NCBI RefSeq assembly: GCF_006345805.1
Contig: NC_043008.1
Coordinates: 26,660,001-26,724,000 of the forward strand
From: Octopus sinensis
Lineage: Eukaryota
Direction of reading: 5' to 3'
DNA: 64,000 nucleotides
The position numbers and the translations under genes were made by a program. The notes under the pieces were generated by a model. The model worked only from the letters and a program-made list of their open reading frames with translations, had not been told where the DNA came from and did not search any database. This document shows, piece by piece, positions 25,906-39,755 of this stretch; position 1 is the stretch's first letter; every line of letters begins with the position of its first letter.

Positions 25906-28514
25906 AAGTTATCTCAAAAGATTGGAAATGAAGTACACATCCTACATGATGGTGACATATGCTTACATCTATCATGTGATATCAAGGCAAAGAGGTAGTA
26001 ACACACACATATGCATACACATACACACATATCTTTGTACATACACACAGCTATACATATATAGTCAGATAAACAGAGATTGAAATTTCCTCACAAAAAT
26101 GAATCATTGTTATTTGATGTTACACTCCTTTACAAATATACTGCATTTTTTCATTGAGAATTTCACATATCTCGATATGACTTACTACAGAATATATTGG
26201 TATATGTTGTTTTAAAGTTAGTAAATGTCAATTATATTGTTGTATGATGTCAGTGTATGAGTGACTGTACGTTATAAATTGATATATAATTTCAGTGATT
26301 CAAAAAGTGTTGATTGTTTTGGTATATATTGCTTTATACTGTTGTCAACAGTAGATTACATATTTTCTTTGAGTCAGTAAACTAGATTAGTTCAGATAAG
26401 TGGGCATTTTTTTCATCCATCTTTTACTTGGATATCTTTGGGTTGGAGTAGGTAATACCTAAATGAGATTGCCAAATCATATGATTGGGGGTCTTGTAAC
26501 TCTTACACTTTAACATAACCACAACAATCACATTTGTGTTAGTTTGTAGATTTTGGACTAATATTTTCCAGCTTTTCAAACTTTTCGCATTCTGCTATTT
26601 ATATATTGCCCCTGAATGTTTACTTTTCATGCACAATGCGTTTACTGCTGTTTTAGGTCAGGCTAGTAGTCACTGGCCTCTCATGTATTTGACCAGGTAG
26701 AATATGAAAGATGTGATACCCGAAGGGAGAGGAGGCTGTATGTTTACCCATAGATAGAATCAGAGGTTTTTTGAAGTTTATGGAAACAAAGTTTATTTGC
26801 TCTACATTAAGCTCTACAAATGGAAAATTATATTAGTGTTTGGTGCCATGTATGGTGATTAACTGCAGATTACCTTGTATGTTACAGTGTTAGCGATGTC
26901 AATGACTGTAGATTATATTGCAGTATAATATAAATTGAATTTGCTTTGCTGAAATTAATCTCAAAAGAACATTTTTATGTGGCATTGAGTAAGTTTATGT
27001 GATATTTCCTTTGCAAATTCAGGAAAAATATTTTTAGATTTTCTTTTTGCAGTGGTATAATTTAAATATAGGAAAATATGTTGTAAACTGGCCTGATGCA
27101 GCAAATAAAATACTATGTATTTACATCATAGAATATTTTCAGATACATAGGTAATGAAAGATTTTTAAAGATTTTTCTTCAATGTAAAAAATTTAAAAAA
27201 GGATTATTTTTCTTTTAATGTTAGTAACATCAAATGTTATTCCAAAATAGATGCAAGAAATATTAAATTTATTAAATTTAAAATACTTCCCAACTAAGAT
27301 TGATTTAAAAAGCATACATCAATAAATAATTCCATACAACCTGAGGATTTCAATCTTTAGGCATGTCTCATGAGTGAAGTTTTATAACTGAATTTACAAA
27401 ATGCATTTGCAAACTAAAAGATGTTAAAGTTACTTTAATCAAGAATCACAAATGTACAAAAGCTTGCTTTTAAATATTTCAGTTTTGTGACAGTTAAACT
27501 AATAAGAAAACCATTTTCTATGGATAAGGTATTAATCTGTAGTTGGTACATTTCTTACAAATGCTTAACAATTCTAAGTAACTAAATTAAGGCATATAAA
27601 AATAAATATTGCATGTTGTGTGCAGTAAAAATTATCCCTTGATAAGAACTTTTGGCAGATAATTATGAGTAGTATGACTAGATCTATATTGAAGAAGTAA
27701 AAATACTACTGCCAAAGAATCAAGCATTGTCTATGACTACTATACTGGATGCATTTTAATGCAGATAACTGAAAGATTTTATGATTATAGATATGGTTTA
27801 GAGTATAACAGAAATTTGCAGAAGAATTTATTAAAAAATGTTATGAGAAAATAACTTGAGAATTGAGGAATACTCAAATGAATATTTTGCTATATTTAGT
27901 GTTTCTCTTTTGTTATTGACTTTACATTTGCCTTTCAGCCCACTGGAATTGATGATAATTTCCAATTATAAACATGGATCATCAGCTCACAAGGTTATAT
28001 TTCTCACCTGCAAAAATTTGGCCTTCAGGCAAGTCAAGAGAAATCAATCCAAGAGAATTATCATAAAAAAAGAAATAAATATCAATATTTAATAACTTGT
28101 TGAGTAATACTTTCGCCTTTTCCTTTTTGTTATTCTTTTAAATTAACTGACTCTAATGTTATGGATTTTATGACAAAATTCTGATATTTATGCAATACTG
28201 GAGCAGCTACCTTTACAAAATAAAAAAAAAATCCTACCTATCAGAAAGTATCTTACTGCATATTATGAATAATCCTTGGTGTAATCCACATGGACGAATG
28301 TATTTGATTTATTTTGTATCATATTTTGTGAACAGCAGCATCATTAGTTACATGCTTATGATGTGCTCATCACTGCAACAATGCTTTTAGGTTGGCAAGA
28401 GTGACAAGGGTATAACAATACAGCTTACATAGAATAAGTATTGCAAGAAGATTTTTCTAAAACATCAGTTTATATATATCTACAAATGATAACGCATAAA
28501 TACATGCATGTGTA

Positions 28515-28680
28515 ATATACATATTCAATGGGCTTCCACACAGCTGCCATTTACCATATTCTATTCGCAAGGTATTGCTCAATACAAAGCTATGGTAAAA
28601 GACACTTGTCCAAATTACCACATTGCAAAACTAAACCAAAAGCATGAAGTTGGAAACATTTTAACTGCATGGCAATGCTT
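28515..28680 (-). mobile_element. Old family B SINE head
   Basis: gggcttccacacag...caaagctatggtaaaagacacttgtccaa matches the reverse family B head. Confidence 0.55.
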
Positions 28681-29164
28681 GTGAAGTAGTATGTGTACAC
28701 AACACAATAATGCATTTTACCTAGTACAATGAGAGAATATAATACAATTGTAATAGTGCCATATATCCAGTTTTATATCCTCACACCCAGCCTCCTTCTG
28801 TATACCATATTCAAAACAGTTAAAATACCAAAATCCTAATGCTTAGAGATATTTTATTTTATAATGGCAAGGTGGATTGTTACTAACAAGCAGCTAGGAG
28901 ATTGATAGTTTAGATTTTATGTTATAGCACTGCCCTATTCTTTGAATTTTCTCTTACACTTAGTTGTGAACAGCAGGGACAGATGAAGCAGGTGTAAAGC
29001 CTGTAATATGTTATTAAGAGGACTTTAATGAATACATAAGGGCCCAAAATTGAATCTATTTATTTTATTAGATTATAGTTATTTCTAGTGAACCAACTGC
29101 ATAATAAAAAAAAACTAGCATATCTAGATCTTTTAGCATGAGGTATGTTTCAAACTCTATCACA

Positions 29165-29236
29165 GCTGGTTTCCTAGATGATTATAATCTATCTCTCACC
29201 TGAGAGACAAGTTATAATCATCTTTACTGAACCAGC
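29165..29236 (-). ncRNA. Candidate pre-miRNA-like hairpin
   Basis: 72-nt stem-loop: 7-bp basal stem, 12-bp perfect stem agatgattataa/ttataatcatct, 6-bp stem, 4-nt loop; better G:U pairing on the minus strand. No expression evidence. Confidence 0.3.
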
Positions 29237-30929
29237 GGCCTACTGAAAATACTTATCTCTCTATATATCAACTTGCTTGATGGCATTGGTTTGCTGCATA
29301 TGTACTTTACTGTAAGTCTGATTTAATAATTTTTAAAGATAAAATAGCATATCTGAAGGACCAATAGATCTGCTAGTGCAGTGATGGAGTTAATCAAAAG
29401 GAATACAAGAATAACATTATTACGTACCTAATCTTCATATTATGTGTCAGCTAACATATTTGAGATGCTTAGAAGGTTTTAATTCTAGAAGGCAGTAACT
29501 TGGAAATGAAACATCTGAATGAGTTGATACTTTCTGTATATTATTTTAAACTAAATCTAAAAGCATAAACTTTTAATGCTGCACAATACATCATTTCAGT
29601 AAGTAAGATGCTTATGTTAAATATTCCCTCCTGATAACAACTGTAATATATTACAAACTTGTTTTTGTGGTTTAACATTGAAAATATGACTATATCAATT
29701 AAAGATTCTTGTCCTTATTTAAAATCAGCATTAGTGCATCTTTAATATATTAATAATAATCTAATTTATTCATCTCATCTTACAACAAAATTAATAGACA
29801 AGTTCAATTATTGTATGATTAGTTTAAAGCTTCAAAATAGAGAATAGAGTGATAAATCTATTAATTTACAGTGGATGAAAACAAAGTAAGTCTTTCTGTA
29901 TATACAAAGGCAACAGAATTTGCTTAATTTACAGTGCAGTGGTTCTTGGAGATATTCGGCATACTGAAAATGATCCTAAAACGCGAATTGCTGACACAAG
30001 CTTAAAGACATGTAGAGCAATAGTAATAAAGCATTTACCACTGAAAATGTGACCTGTAGCATACACTACTGTTATTATTAAGTTAGTATAATACTGGTGA
30101 CTAGCCTCTCCTGGGTAGGAATTACTCACTAGCAGCATTCTCCCTTTGTTTTAGCTTACAGTGCACTCATCTCCTGTGTATATGGCTTCGAGTGTTTTCA
30201 GTTAAGAATCACTATTTATCAATGAAGCAAATGTCTACTCTGTGGCCTACACAAATCAGTGGGAATAAAGGATCAAGTCTGTCTTTTCCCAGGCTGGTGT
30301 TCTAGTAGGATTCTACTTTGTCAATGTATGATTAAACATGTAAGTGACTGAGCACTGTGCAAGTGCATGTGCACATGTGTGTGTGTGTAGCTTCTTATGA
30401 TGTAAATAATAATGTTTCAATGGTTTATACTTTCTGAGGTTTCAAGAGAGAGCATTGCTACGATCTAGTGATCATGTACTGTAAAAGTGTCAAAAAGTTG
30501 AATACTAAAGCTGTAACTATTGAATTTTAAAATACAATCCAAGAGCTTGGATTGCATAATAAAGGATGACTTTAAGAAAAGATGGAACTAGCAATTGCAA
30601 CAAGATACTGATAATAATTAAGTCTCATTTAATTGTCAATATTCCAGCATAACTGGCATTATAGCATTGTACTGAATTGCAGAAAAATTTCTGTCATCAG
30701 TACTTTTAGGATGTTAAATTGAGTGTCACAGATATAAAAAAAACGGAAAAGGAATGAGAAAATGGGTTATAATAGTTACAATGGTTCCTTTACAAGTGCA
30801 GTGTGCTTTTTTGTAAACAGACAAATGCTAATTTGGTACTCATATATTGAATATATTCTTGGTACTTGAATGCCGAATTATCTGAAAACAACACAGTGAA
30901 GCTTCAAGCCAATAAAATATCTAATCCAT

Positions 30930-31110
30930 TATTTTTACCCTGCATAAGTGAAAGCAGGTTGTTGTAATCACTCATCTTTGTCTGTCTATGTTTTTGCGAA
31001 ATTACTGGAACATGGCTGAATGGATTTTCACCAGATTTGGCAGTAATACTCATTGGGTGAGTGGCTTGAAATGAGGAAAATTTGGTTTGATTATCTTCAA
31101 ACATACATAA
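30930..31110 (+). mobile_element. Helentron/DINE-like non-autonomous fragment
   Basis: tttttaccctgc...gcaggtt, tgtctgtctatg, gaatggattttcaccagatttgg fit the usual layout; assignment from recall. Confidence 0.4.
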
Positions 31111-31150
31111 ATACATACATTGATATACAATTCTGTGTATGCATCTGTGT

Positions 31151-31196
<46 letters not shown>

Positions 31197-32249
31197 AGTC
31201 ATGGATTTGAGGGTTTTGTCTATTTATGAGTTGATTTCTTAATGTCACTGGAGTAAAAATATCTATAATTGGGATAAAAAAAAAAATTAAAAGAAAATTA
31301 AAGTTACAAATTTCCTGATAAGCAAGTGGTCATATAATTTATGCCGTACAACGAACTACATTACAGTTGATTCATGTGCCATCATTGAAAGATGTTTCTA
31401 TGCAATATTTGCCATTAGTATTTCATTCTTTTTTATATGAATTGGCCCTTCTCTGTTTATGTATAGATCATGGTGTACCTATGTGCAAAGACACGTGTGG
31501 GTACATACATACATAAACACATACATAGATATTTGACTGTGTATGTCTGAGTGTGTGTGTGTGTGTGTGTACAGTAATTGATTCAAGGGCTTCATTTATT
31601 TACACGTTGATTTCTTAATTTCACCATTCTTAGGCTTCTAATCCTCTTTTAGTCAAACACAAAGCTTAACTCTGTTCGAGTAAAAAGCATAGGTAAGCAA
31701 CACATTGTAAGCCATACTCTAATTTGCAAAAAAATTTATTTGTGTGCAAGGTATGCATCACCCCTCCAATGTCTTTTCTGCATATTATATTCCGTAATGT
31801 TTCTAATCCATTAATTCATACTAAAGAAGAACCTCTATGTATTCATGAGATATGCTTGGAAAAGCAGCTAAATTTTACTCAAACTACACGCTGCTGTTTT
31901 AAAAGAAGAAAACATGATAATATAGTCTAGGAATATACCATTCAGAAAAAAATTGATGCAATGGTTAGTTGTGGCTTGTATACATTTGATCATATATCTG
32001 TTTGATCAGGGATAGATTATGGCTCCAAGAACAGCAACAGCAGTAGTAGGAAAACAAATAACAACAAAAACAACAACAACAACAACAACAACACGTTTAG
32101 TTAAACAACTACTAGTAATAACATTATTGCAGTTTCATTTGTTATTCATGATTTATTACGTTTGTACACAACTTCCTTTCTAGGGAATGGCACAGGTGAT
32201 TAGTATGAGCTGACTAAATATTTGGTAATCACTCTTGAAATAATGGATT

Positions 32250-32435
32250 CAGATTTTGGCACAAGGCCAGCAGTTTGAGGGGAGGAAGAAAGTCAATAAC
32301 ATTGAACCCAGTGCACAACTGGTACTTAATTTATTGCAGTTTCCACTTCCTCCGACAGAATGAAAGGCAAATCGACTTGATGGAACTCAGGACACAAAAC
32401 ATTTTGTCCAGCATGCTAACAATTTTGCCACCTTC
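32250..32435 (-). mobile_element. Family A SINE relic
   Basis: ttttggcacaaggccagcag...gaatgaaaggcaaatcgac...cagcatgctaacaattttgcc. Confidence 0.75.
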
Positions 32436-32689
32436 TTGCCTTTTCACTCATGCATTGTATCATTATTTGAACTCAGAATACTGTAGTATAGAACAAATTT
32501 CTGTAGAGGAATTCACTATGATTTCCACTGTTACTCAAGAGAGATCTAGTTTGCTCACCCAAGGTATATTTCTATGGAAAAATTACAGTAATTGAAGTAA
32601 TTTTCTCCTTAATAGCCACAAGGAAAACATAAATGGACAATCAAAGAGGTTCTATGATATAGATTATAGAATGCATACCATTATCATCA

Positions 32690-32960
32690 TCATCATTATC
32701 ATAATCATCTTCGCTATCACTCATATGGCCATCATCATTGTCCTCATCATTTTACATCCACATTTTGTGCAGGCATTGGTTGAACAATTTGAAAATGTTG
32801 GTGTGTTAGAGAACTGTATGCTTCTCCAATGCTAATTTTTGGCATAGTTTCTAGGCTGGTTGCCTTTTCTCATACCAGTCACTTTACTGGGTTTAGTGGG
32901 TGCAGTTTTTGATAATACCAGTAACAGTGATATCTACCATAAGAGGAAAAATCTCAGTTC
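32690..32960 (-). mobile_element. Old RTE-type tail
   Basis: (cat)n then gcattggttgaaca...gtttctaggctggttgcc. Confidence 0.5.
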
Positions 32961-32964
32961 TGCA

Positions 32965-35340
32965 AGTTGAGGAGTAGTGGAACTGTTGAGAAAGGACCCA
33001 AACGAAGAAGATTTTTATTGGTAAATTTAAGTCTATAACACTTGTTAAATGCGAATGTTAAAATTTTATCCCAGACATTAGCAAAGAAGTTGGCACTTGC
33101 CATTGAGGGCCTTATTGGTGATGCTCAAATATACAGCATCCTGAACAGATCTATCCATGGCAATCTCCACCTCATGCGATACATCATAGAAAGAGAGGGC
33201 AAAGAAATTGATATGGGTGTGGCCCTGATAAGTTTAAATCAATTAAAGGCTCTCAATAGGTTGACCATCAATACTTGAGAGTTGTTTTAAGAGAGCCTGG
33301 TTTTGGTCCCATTATTTGCTGTTGGATTGCCACAATGTGCAGCAATACCTGCTCAATAGCCACCTATCAGAACCATTGAGTATCATGCATTCAGCTTGTG
33401 AAGATTGTCCTATCTCCTCTCTTCTGTGTGTATCAACTCTTGGAACACTACTGCAGAAACCAGAAACATTGAGGAGTATTCTGCTAAGACTGGTATGTGG
33501 AAGATTCTTATCAGCATATCCAGATATTGACATCTCAATGTTAGACACTAGGAACATAAAGGTGATCAACCCTGTTCAAGGAAACTATGAGGTGATCACA
33601 GGACCAAAATTTAACTAATAGAAGTCAGATGACTTATGGCTTAGCAACTAGAGAGACAAGTCTATATCATTCAACAGCATCAGGAGGAGGACCAGTTAAA
33701 TTGCTCAAAGTGGAGAAAATCTGGGATGAGTATATGGCTGATCTCACCAAGAGATGGGCTGATAGAAAGCTGTTCTTGAAAGGTCTGGCAAAAGTGGCAA
33801 ACATTTACATCACCTCCATCATGTATTACCACCTGATCACCATACTTTTCTCTAGTTCAGATCTCACTAGACTGTGGAATGGATGGATTTCTGGTCAACA
33901 CCTGCTGAATGGAAGACTGGGCATGACATAGCTGAGGATGTGCAAACATGCACTGAGGCTGTGAAGTCTCCAGTGTTTCTTTACTGATGAGCAGTTGTGG
34001 TCACTTTTTTGTCAGATCCACTTTTCCACAGTTTCTTTGACAAGGATGCACTGCTGGATGAAATATAGGCTTAAGCAAGGTGTTTGGCACCCAGAGCATC
34101 TTGAGGTGTTCACAGCCTTCTGTCAGTTGGGTAATGCAGCTGATGGAAATTCCACTTCAGCATTTTTTAGAAGTTTAATGGCAGGTAAGATCAATGACAT
34201 TCATGGAAAAATGCTGGGCATTGACAAAAGTCAACTGACTGCTCTGTTATGGAAAACTTTCAGGTCAGTATTTATGGATAATTTCCAGAAATATCTGACT
34301 TGAAAGTGCTACTAGCGGACATTACTCGATTGTGATATACCCTACAGGCACAAAAGGGTCATCAGCCAGGCATGCTAAAGACGTGTACAGAGAGATGAAA
34401 CTGTTCTTCATGCACTCATCCAGTGCCCAAGCCTTGCTGACTTGTGGCGTTACACCAAATACATTTTTATCATATGTAGGACAGGGCTGGCTATTAGCTG
34501 AATCAATTTTAAAGATAATCCTGACTCCTTCCTATTGCTAGGATGGACAGGCAGTATTTATTTGTATTCTAGCCTTATCAAAAAACTTGTGTGGTAGATC
34601 ATACTAAAAGGGCTGAAAACTAGACAACTTCTCTAGCCAAGCTCTCATCAACGTTTCAAGTTTCACTAGAAAAGGAAAGAGAATGTGGAAGAAGACGTGC
34701 TACCTTCCAACAAATTTGTTGAAATGTGTTGTATAGTAAAACTAATCACCCCTCCCAGTAAAAAGTGGTAGTAGCCAGCCAGTATCAATAAACCAATAGC
34801 CAGTCAACAGGAGAAGTTTGAGAAGGTCGAGAGTACATGTAGACTGTGCTGATAGTTGTGTCTGAACTGATATAGTAATTATACTATGATACTGAGTGGA
34901 TGTTATAATGGTCTAACCTTGTGAGGATAATAACACTGTACGACTGGGGGTCATACAGTGCCATATAGAAACATTCTATTGATGACTTCGCAATATAACA
35001 CTGTCAGTGTGACAACCATCATCAAAAGACAGATACAACAATGGCCAAAGACTGCTTTACAACGAAAGGTACGTAAGAGTGGCAAAAATGGATGTTCCAA
35101 GTGAATGGGGTGGCTCTGAATAGGTGCCTATAAATTGACAGAGGAGAATAGGGAGAAGGAACTTGCCTTTGTTGTCAGGGTGACCATGCTTTTGTGGTGT
35201 TTCCATAAGCTGCCCTTGGAGGTTTCCTTTTTTTAGGGAAGTAGTTTTTGATTACAGTTTTTGCTTCTTTGTTTCTGTTATTTTACTGTTTATATCACCT
35301 CACATTGTACTGTGCTCTCCTATACCAGCTTCAGTCTTTT
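32965..35340 (+). mobile_element. L1/Tx1-clade LINE, decayed ORF2 (RT + CCHC) and 3' UTR
   Basis: LLNANVKILSQTLAKKLAL, RSIHGNLHLMRYIIER, NSHLSEPLSIMHSACEDCPISSLL, catalytic YADD read as YPDI, RWADRKLFLKG, DETVLHALIQCPSLADLW; many stops. Confidence 0.9.
34727..35000 (+). mobile_element. LTR (probably Gypsy) nested in the Tx1 relic
   Basis: 274 bp bounded by tgttgtata...aatataaca; Tx1 frame breaks at 34724 and resumes near 35065; no clear TSD. Confidence 0.55.
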
Positions 35341-35367
35341 TTTTTTGTAAATCTTCAGAAAATACTA

Positions 35368-36240
35368 TTATTATTATCATTATTTTGAAGACGTTGCACA
35401 GTATCCAATATTGTGATGTTGTAGGTTGAAGATATTGTGTCTGCCAAGGGTTTGTACTGTCTATCAAGTCACAAGGACCTCTGACTGACAGTACTTTAAG
35501 CAAAATGTGCATGTAATTCGAAGAAGTAAAGCCAGTTTTTGCAATACACCAAGATTGTAGGGTATTTCTAGAGTTTCAAGATGTTCCTTCAAGTTGAGAG
35601 GTATTGAACTCAATGCTCTGATGACAATAGGGACAACTTTTACATTTGACTCTTGTAGCTATCACATCTTGACGATTTCAATTCTTAGGTCTCTATATTT
35701 ATCTAACTTTTGTCTTTTTCTCATGATAATATTTTGATCTCCTGGTACTGCCACATTGATTATTAGTCACTCTTGTTTGTCCTTCCTAAAGGTTACTATA
35801 TCTGACCTTCAGTGCTCTAAAACCTTGTCTGTCTGGAAGTCAGAGTCCCAGGGTATCTTTGCTTTTCCCTTTTTGTCAATTACCTTTTCTGGTATATGTT
35901 GGTACCAAGGACCTGTTACCTCATATCAATACTTCTAGCATAGTGGCAAGTGAAGGTTTTGGGTTACCTTGCTGTGTCTACATTTGCACTCTTACTGCAC
36001 AAAATTTTCAGAAGCACTAACAATGTGTCACACTTTCAACCCTCTTCCAACACATTCTACAGAGGTTTATTGCACTTGTCTGGTATATATCCCTTTTCAC
36101 TGAGTTGTTATTCAATGCCTGGTTCCCTGCAGCAGTGATTAGGCTTTCAGTCTTCTTTTTAAGGTTACCCTTGCTGAGACATCTCCTTGATGCTTCCTGG
36201 TATTTTAAGTTGGTAGTTTCATGATGGAACTAACTACGTA
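35368..36240 (-). mobile_element. R4/Dong-clade LINE 3' relic with (TAA)n end
   Basis: GNLKKKTESLITAA, LCRMCWKRVESVTHIVS, WYQHIPEKV, DFQTDKVLEH, SDIV, INVAVPGDQNI, KYRDLRIEI, KVVPIVI. Confidence 0.9.
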
Positions 36241-36519
36241 ATTCTGTGCAGAGTAGAGTTTCTTCTCTCTCACTGGCTATTCATGGTCGGAATTCATTAG
36301 CACTCCGAAGTCCATTGTAGGTAAATCTTTCTAAGTATTATATCCAGAAGATCATGTATATTCTGTAGAACTGTAGTTTGCTTTTAATTTAATCTGTGAT
36401 ATTCTCTAAAATTTCAATTTAAAATAAAAATATAGTTTAACATCTCACATTTTATCACTGGAAATTTTCAGTTGTAGTTGTCTTTGGCTTATTCTGGTTT
36501 ATTAGTCACAGAATTTTTA

Positions 36520-39420
36520 ACCCAACAAGAGCATTTCAAGAAATAAATGAACAAATTATTGAAGAGTTTTATATCATAAAGTTAGAGTTATGGAAAAAAT
36601 TTGATCAAACCTAGTGTTTTCAAAATGACATAAATTTTATTGTTATAATGGAGAAAAGAAAAATAAATAGCTTCATTATCAGATAATTCTGTACAAAGAA
36701 GAATAAATGACATAACCATTAACGTTATAAATCACCTTATGCAAGAGATCAAGTCTGTCACATTTCATTAAATTTTGACCAAAATTATCAAGAATCAACT
36801 GATGTAACACCATTTTCCCAGTCACTGTATAGATACGAGTGGGTATTCAAAAGAAACTGGAATTTTGCAATATTTTATTCACTTAGATTTATGTGTTTAC
36901 ACTTTTATCACCTTCAAAGTATTCTCCATTCGAAGCAATGCATTGGTCCAGATGCATTTTCTACTTTTTGAAGCAGTCCTGGAACTTTTGCAAAGTGATA
37001 TCTTTTAACACTGCCATCGGTTTTTCCTTCACCTCTCCCTCCTGTGCAAAACGGTTTCCTTTAAAGACTTTTTCCATTTGAGGGAACAAAAAAAGTCACA
37101 AGGAGGAAGATCAGGTGAATAGGAAGTGTGGGTAAGTGGGCTCATGCTATTTTTGGTCAAAAACTCTCACACTCAAGGCGGTGTGCACAAGTGCATTGTT
37201 GTGATGAGACCACAACTCACCCCTTTGCCACAGATCATGGCATTTTCATTTCACTACATCTCACAAATGCTTAAGAACTGCTAAGTAAAATATCTGGTTA
37301 ACAGTTTGACCAAGAAGAATAAATTCTGTGTGGACAATTCCTTTCACATTGATAAAAGAAACCAGCATCATCTTGACATTGGACTTCACTTGATGCTCTT
37401 TTTTGGGGAGTGGTGACATTGAATCCTTCTACTGACTTGATTGCTGCTTCGTTTCTTGGTTGTTGCCACAGTAGCAGCTTTCGTCACCAGTGATGACCTT
37501 TGAAAAAAGGTCTGGATCAATTTCCAACTGTTTTTTTCAGTTCATGACATGCATTCGGTTGTGACTGCTTTTGATCATCCATGAGCGAGACACAAATGTT
37601 GCTGTAACTCATTTCATTCGCAATTCCTCACAAAAAATTAATTAGCAGGAGCTCCAGGACACGTGAGTCATATCAAAAAATTCATCAATTGTCTCCCTGA
37701 ACAAAGTTAGGCTTCAAGCAACAGGGGACTTTACTAAAACGTGAAAACCACTTGTACGTTTGTGTGTTGCTCATGGCAGCACCCTTGTAAGCTGTTTGAA
37801 GAATGACAACTGTTTTGATCACCGTTTTCCCCAGCAGTAAGCAGAATTTCATAGAAACACCATGTTCCTGCGTTGCATCCATTGCAAAAATTAGCAAATT
37901 GGGGAAAAGCACCACGTGGCAGAACAACACCATTCTACAAGGAGGATTTGTAGGCTGATATCTGTGGATTGCATCAAGTGACTTCTAGCAGTGGAAGCCG
38001 AAACTACAATGGGCTTGTCTCACAGAAAACATTTCTGGTTACTTTTGGGTACTCACACATATTTTGGGAGAAGTTACATATGTCATGGAATAAGAAAATA
38101 TTTTGTGAGATAATATCTAGAGGTTTTGTAGGAAAAGAACACCAGCAATATTTTCAGTAAATGTCTGCAAAAACACTTCCAACTTTATTAACAGAGATTT
38201 GGATCAAATATTTCAATTTGCGAATTTTGTCAAAGGAAGTGCTCTTGATTCACAAGCTTTCTATCAGTTCGTTATAGACATGGAAGCAGGTCATCTTTAG
38301 CTTCTTTTTACCAGTGGATTTCAAAATTTAGGTGAGTATTTCAGTTTAGAGATGATGAACTCAACTTTTTGAAGTTCAAAGTAAGATGGAAGTCTTTGCA
38401 TAGCTGAAAGTTGAAAAATAGATCATGTGCCTTGCCTATGTGGTCGATCGTTTTTGAACAGCTGAATAGTCTAAATCTTCAGATGCATAATTCATTGATT
38501 TCTTGAAAGCTGTCATAAACAAAAAACAAAACTGATGACTGGAAGAGAAAAATTAGCTTTAAAAAATGTTGCAATTTTTAAGAAACTATCATCATTTCTT
38601 GTTGCTGTCGGTAAAGATCAATTGCTCCCAAAATATGCCAAAAAAAAATAAATAAAAATAAAAATAAATAAATAATAAATAAATAAAAGAAAAAGAAAAA
38701 TAGGAAAAGGAACAAAAATCTTGCTGCAGTTGACATCATAACATAATAAATGCAGTAAATTCATCTTTCTGAGGTCAATGATGATGAGTTGAATTTTGTG
38801 TGAAATCCATTAGCTGAAAATCATTATCAAAAATATTCCAGATGATTGACAAGATGAGGATTTGGGAAGAAGGGATAATTTCAATGAGAAATATATAGCA
38901 AAATTTTAGCCCATCATGTGTGGTTTATAAGGAAAATTGGCAGAAAGAACTATACATGCCATTGTGTCAACTTATTGTGATTTAGGCTTTTCAACACGCT
39001 CGAAAACAAAGCAAAAAAATGAAGTTAATTGAAATTAAAAATGAGCTTTATTGTCTTTTTTGTCATTAAAATGAAATGAATTACAATACTACAGTATTCT
39101 ATTCAACTTTTTGCTTATTAAATTATGTTTAAGTAACTTCAATGTGTTAAGAAATTAGTTCTGACTATTAAAAACATACTGTAGTTCCAGTTCCAAAATC
39201 TACCAGCATTTTCTATTGGCCATCATTTTCTAAATCTCTCATATAAAATAGTATCAGTAAATATAAATGTACTAATATAAGAACAAATGAAAGATTTTTT
39301 CATATTTTATGCATATTATTTGGAATATACCTTTTGACATAGAAAATCATGGAAAGAGGGTAAAGGCATTTTGAAATATAGTGAAGAGTATGATTGGGCA
39401 GCAAATATTAAGAACCACTA
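36520..39420 (+). mobile_element. hAT (Buster/Charlie-type) transposase relic split by a mariner
   Basis: SLSDNSVQRRINDI (36673), ESTDVT (36792), then after 38061 NFVKGSALDS, AYVVD, QLNSLNLQM, GFST; terminal-like ttaagaaccact near 39408-39419. Confidence 0.75.
36836..38059 (-). mobile_element. Near full-length decayed mariner
   Basis: TA at 36834-35 and 38060-61; imperfect TIRs; minus-strand MDATQEHGVSMKFCLLLGK, ITGDES, HHNNA, YSPDLPPCDFFLFP, GEYFEGD. Confidence 0.92.
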
Positions 39421-39554
39421 ATTAATATTATTTGTAAAGACATAATCATAATTTGATACCCCAAAATACATAATACATACATCATTTATTATTTCCTCTC
39501 TCAGGTTATAGCATTCATTGAAAGTACATTAAATTGACATGTTTACAAATATTA

Positions 39555-39755
39555 GCTTTTAACATTAGAACAAGGCCATACATTATTTAGACAGAGTTCA
39601 GGTAATTTAAAACCAATCTCAGTGCCTGGTTACTACTTGTTTTTATATGAAAGTCAAGTCTTATGTTGACACTGATGGAATTTAAGCTTGCAGCATAATG
39701 AGCATAATTAAATACTGCAAGACATTTTGTCTAATATTCTACCAACTCTGCCATC
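39555..39755 (-). mobile_element. Old family A SINE
   Basis: tagaacaaggcc...gatggaatttaagct...attctaccaactctgcc. Confidence 0.55.
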
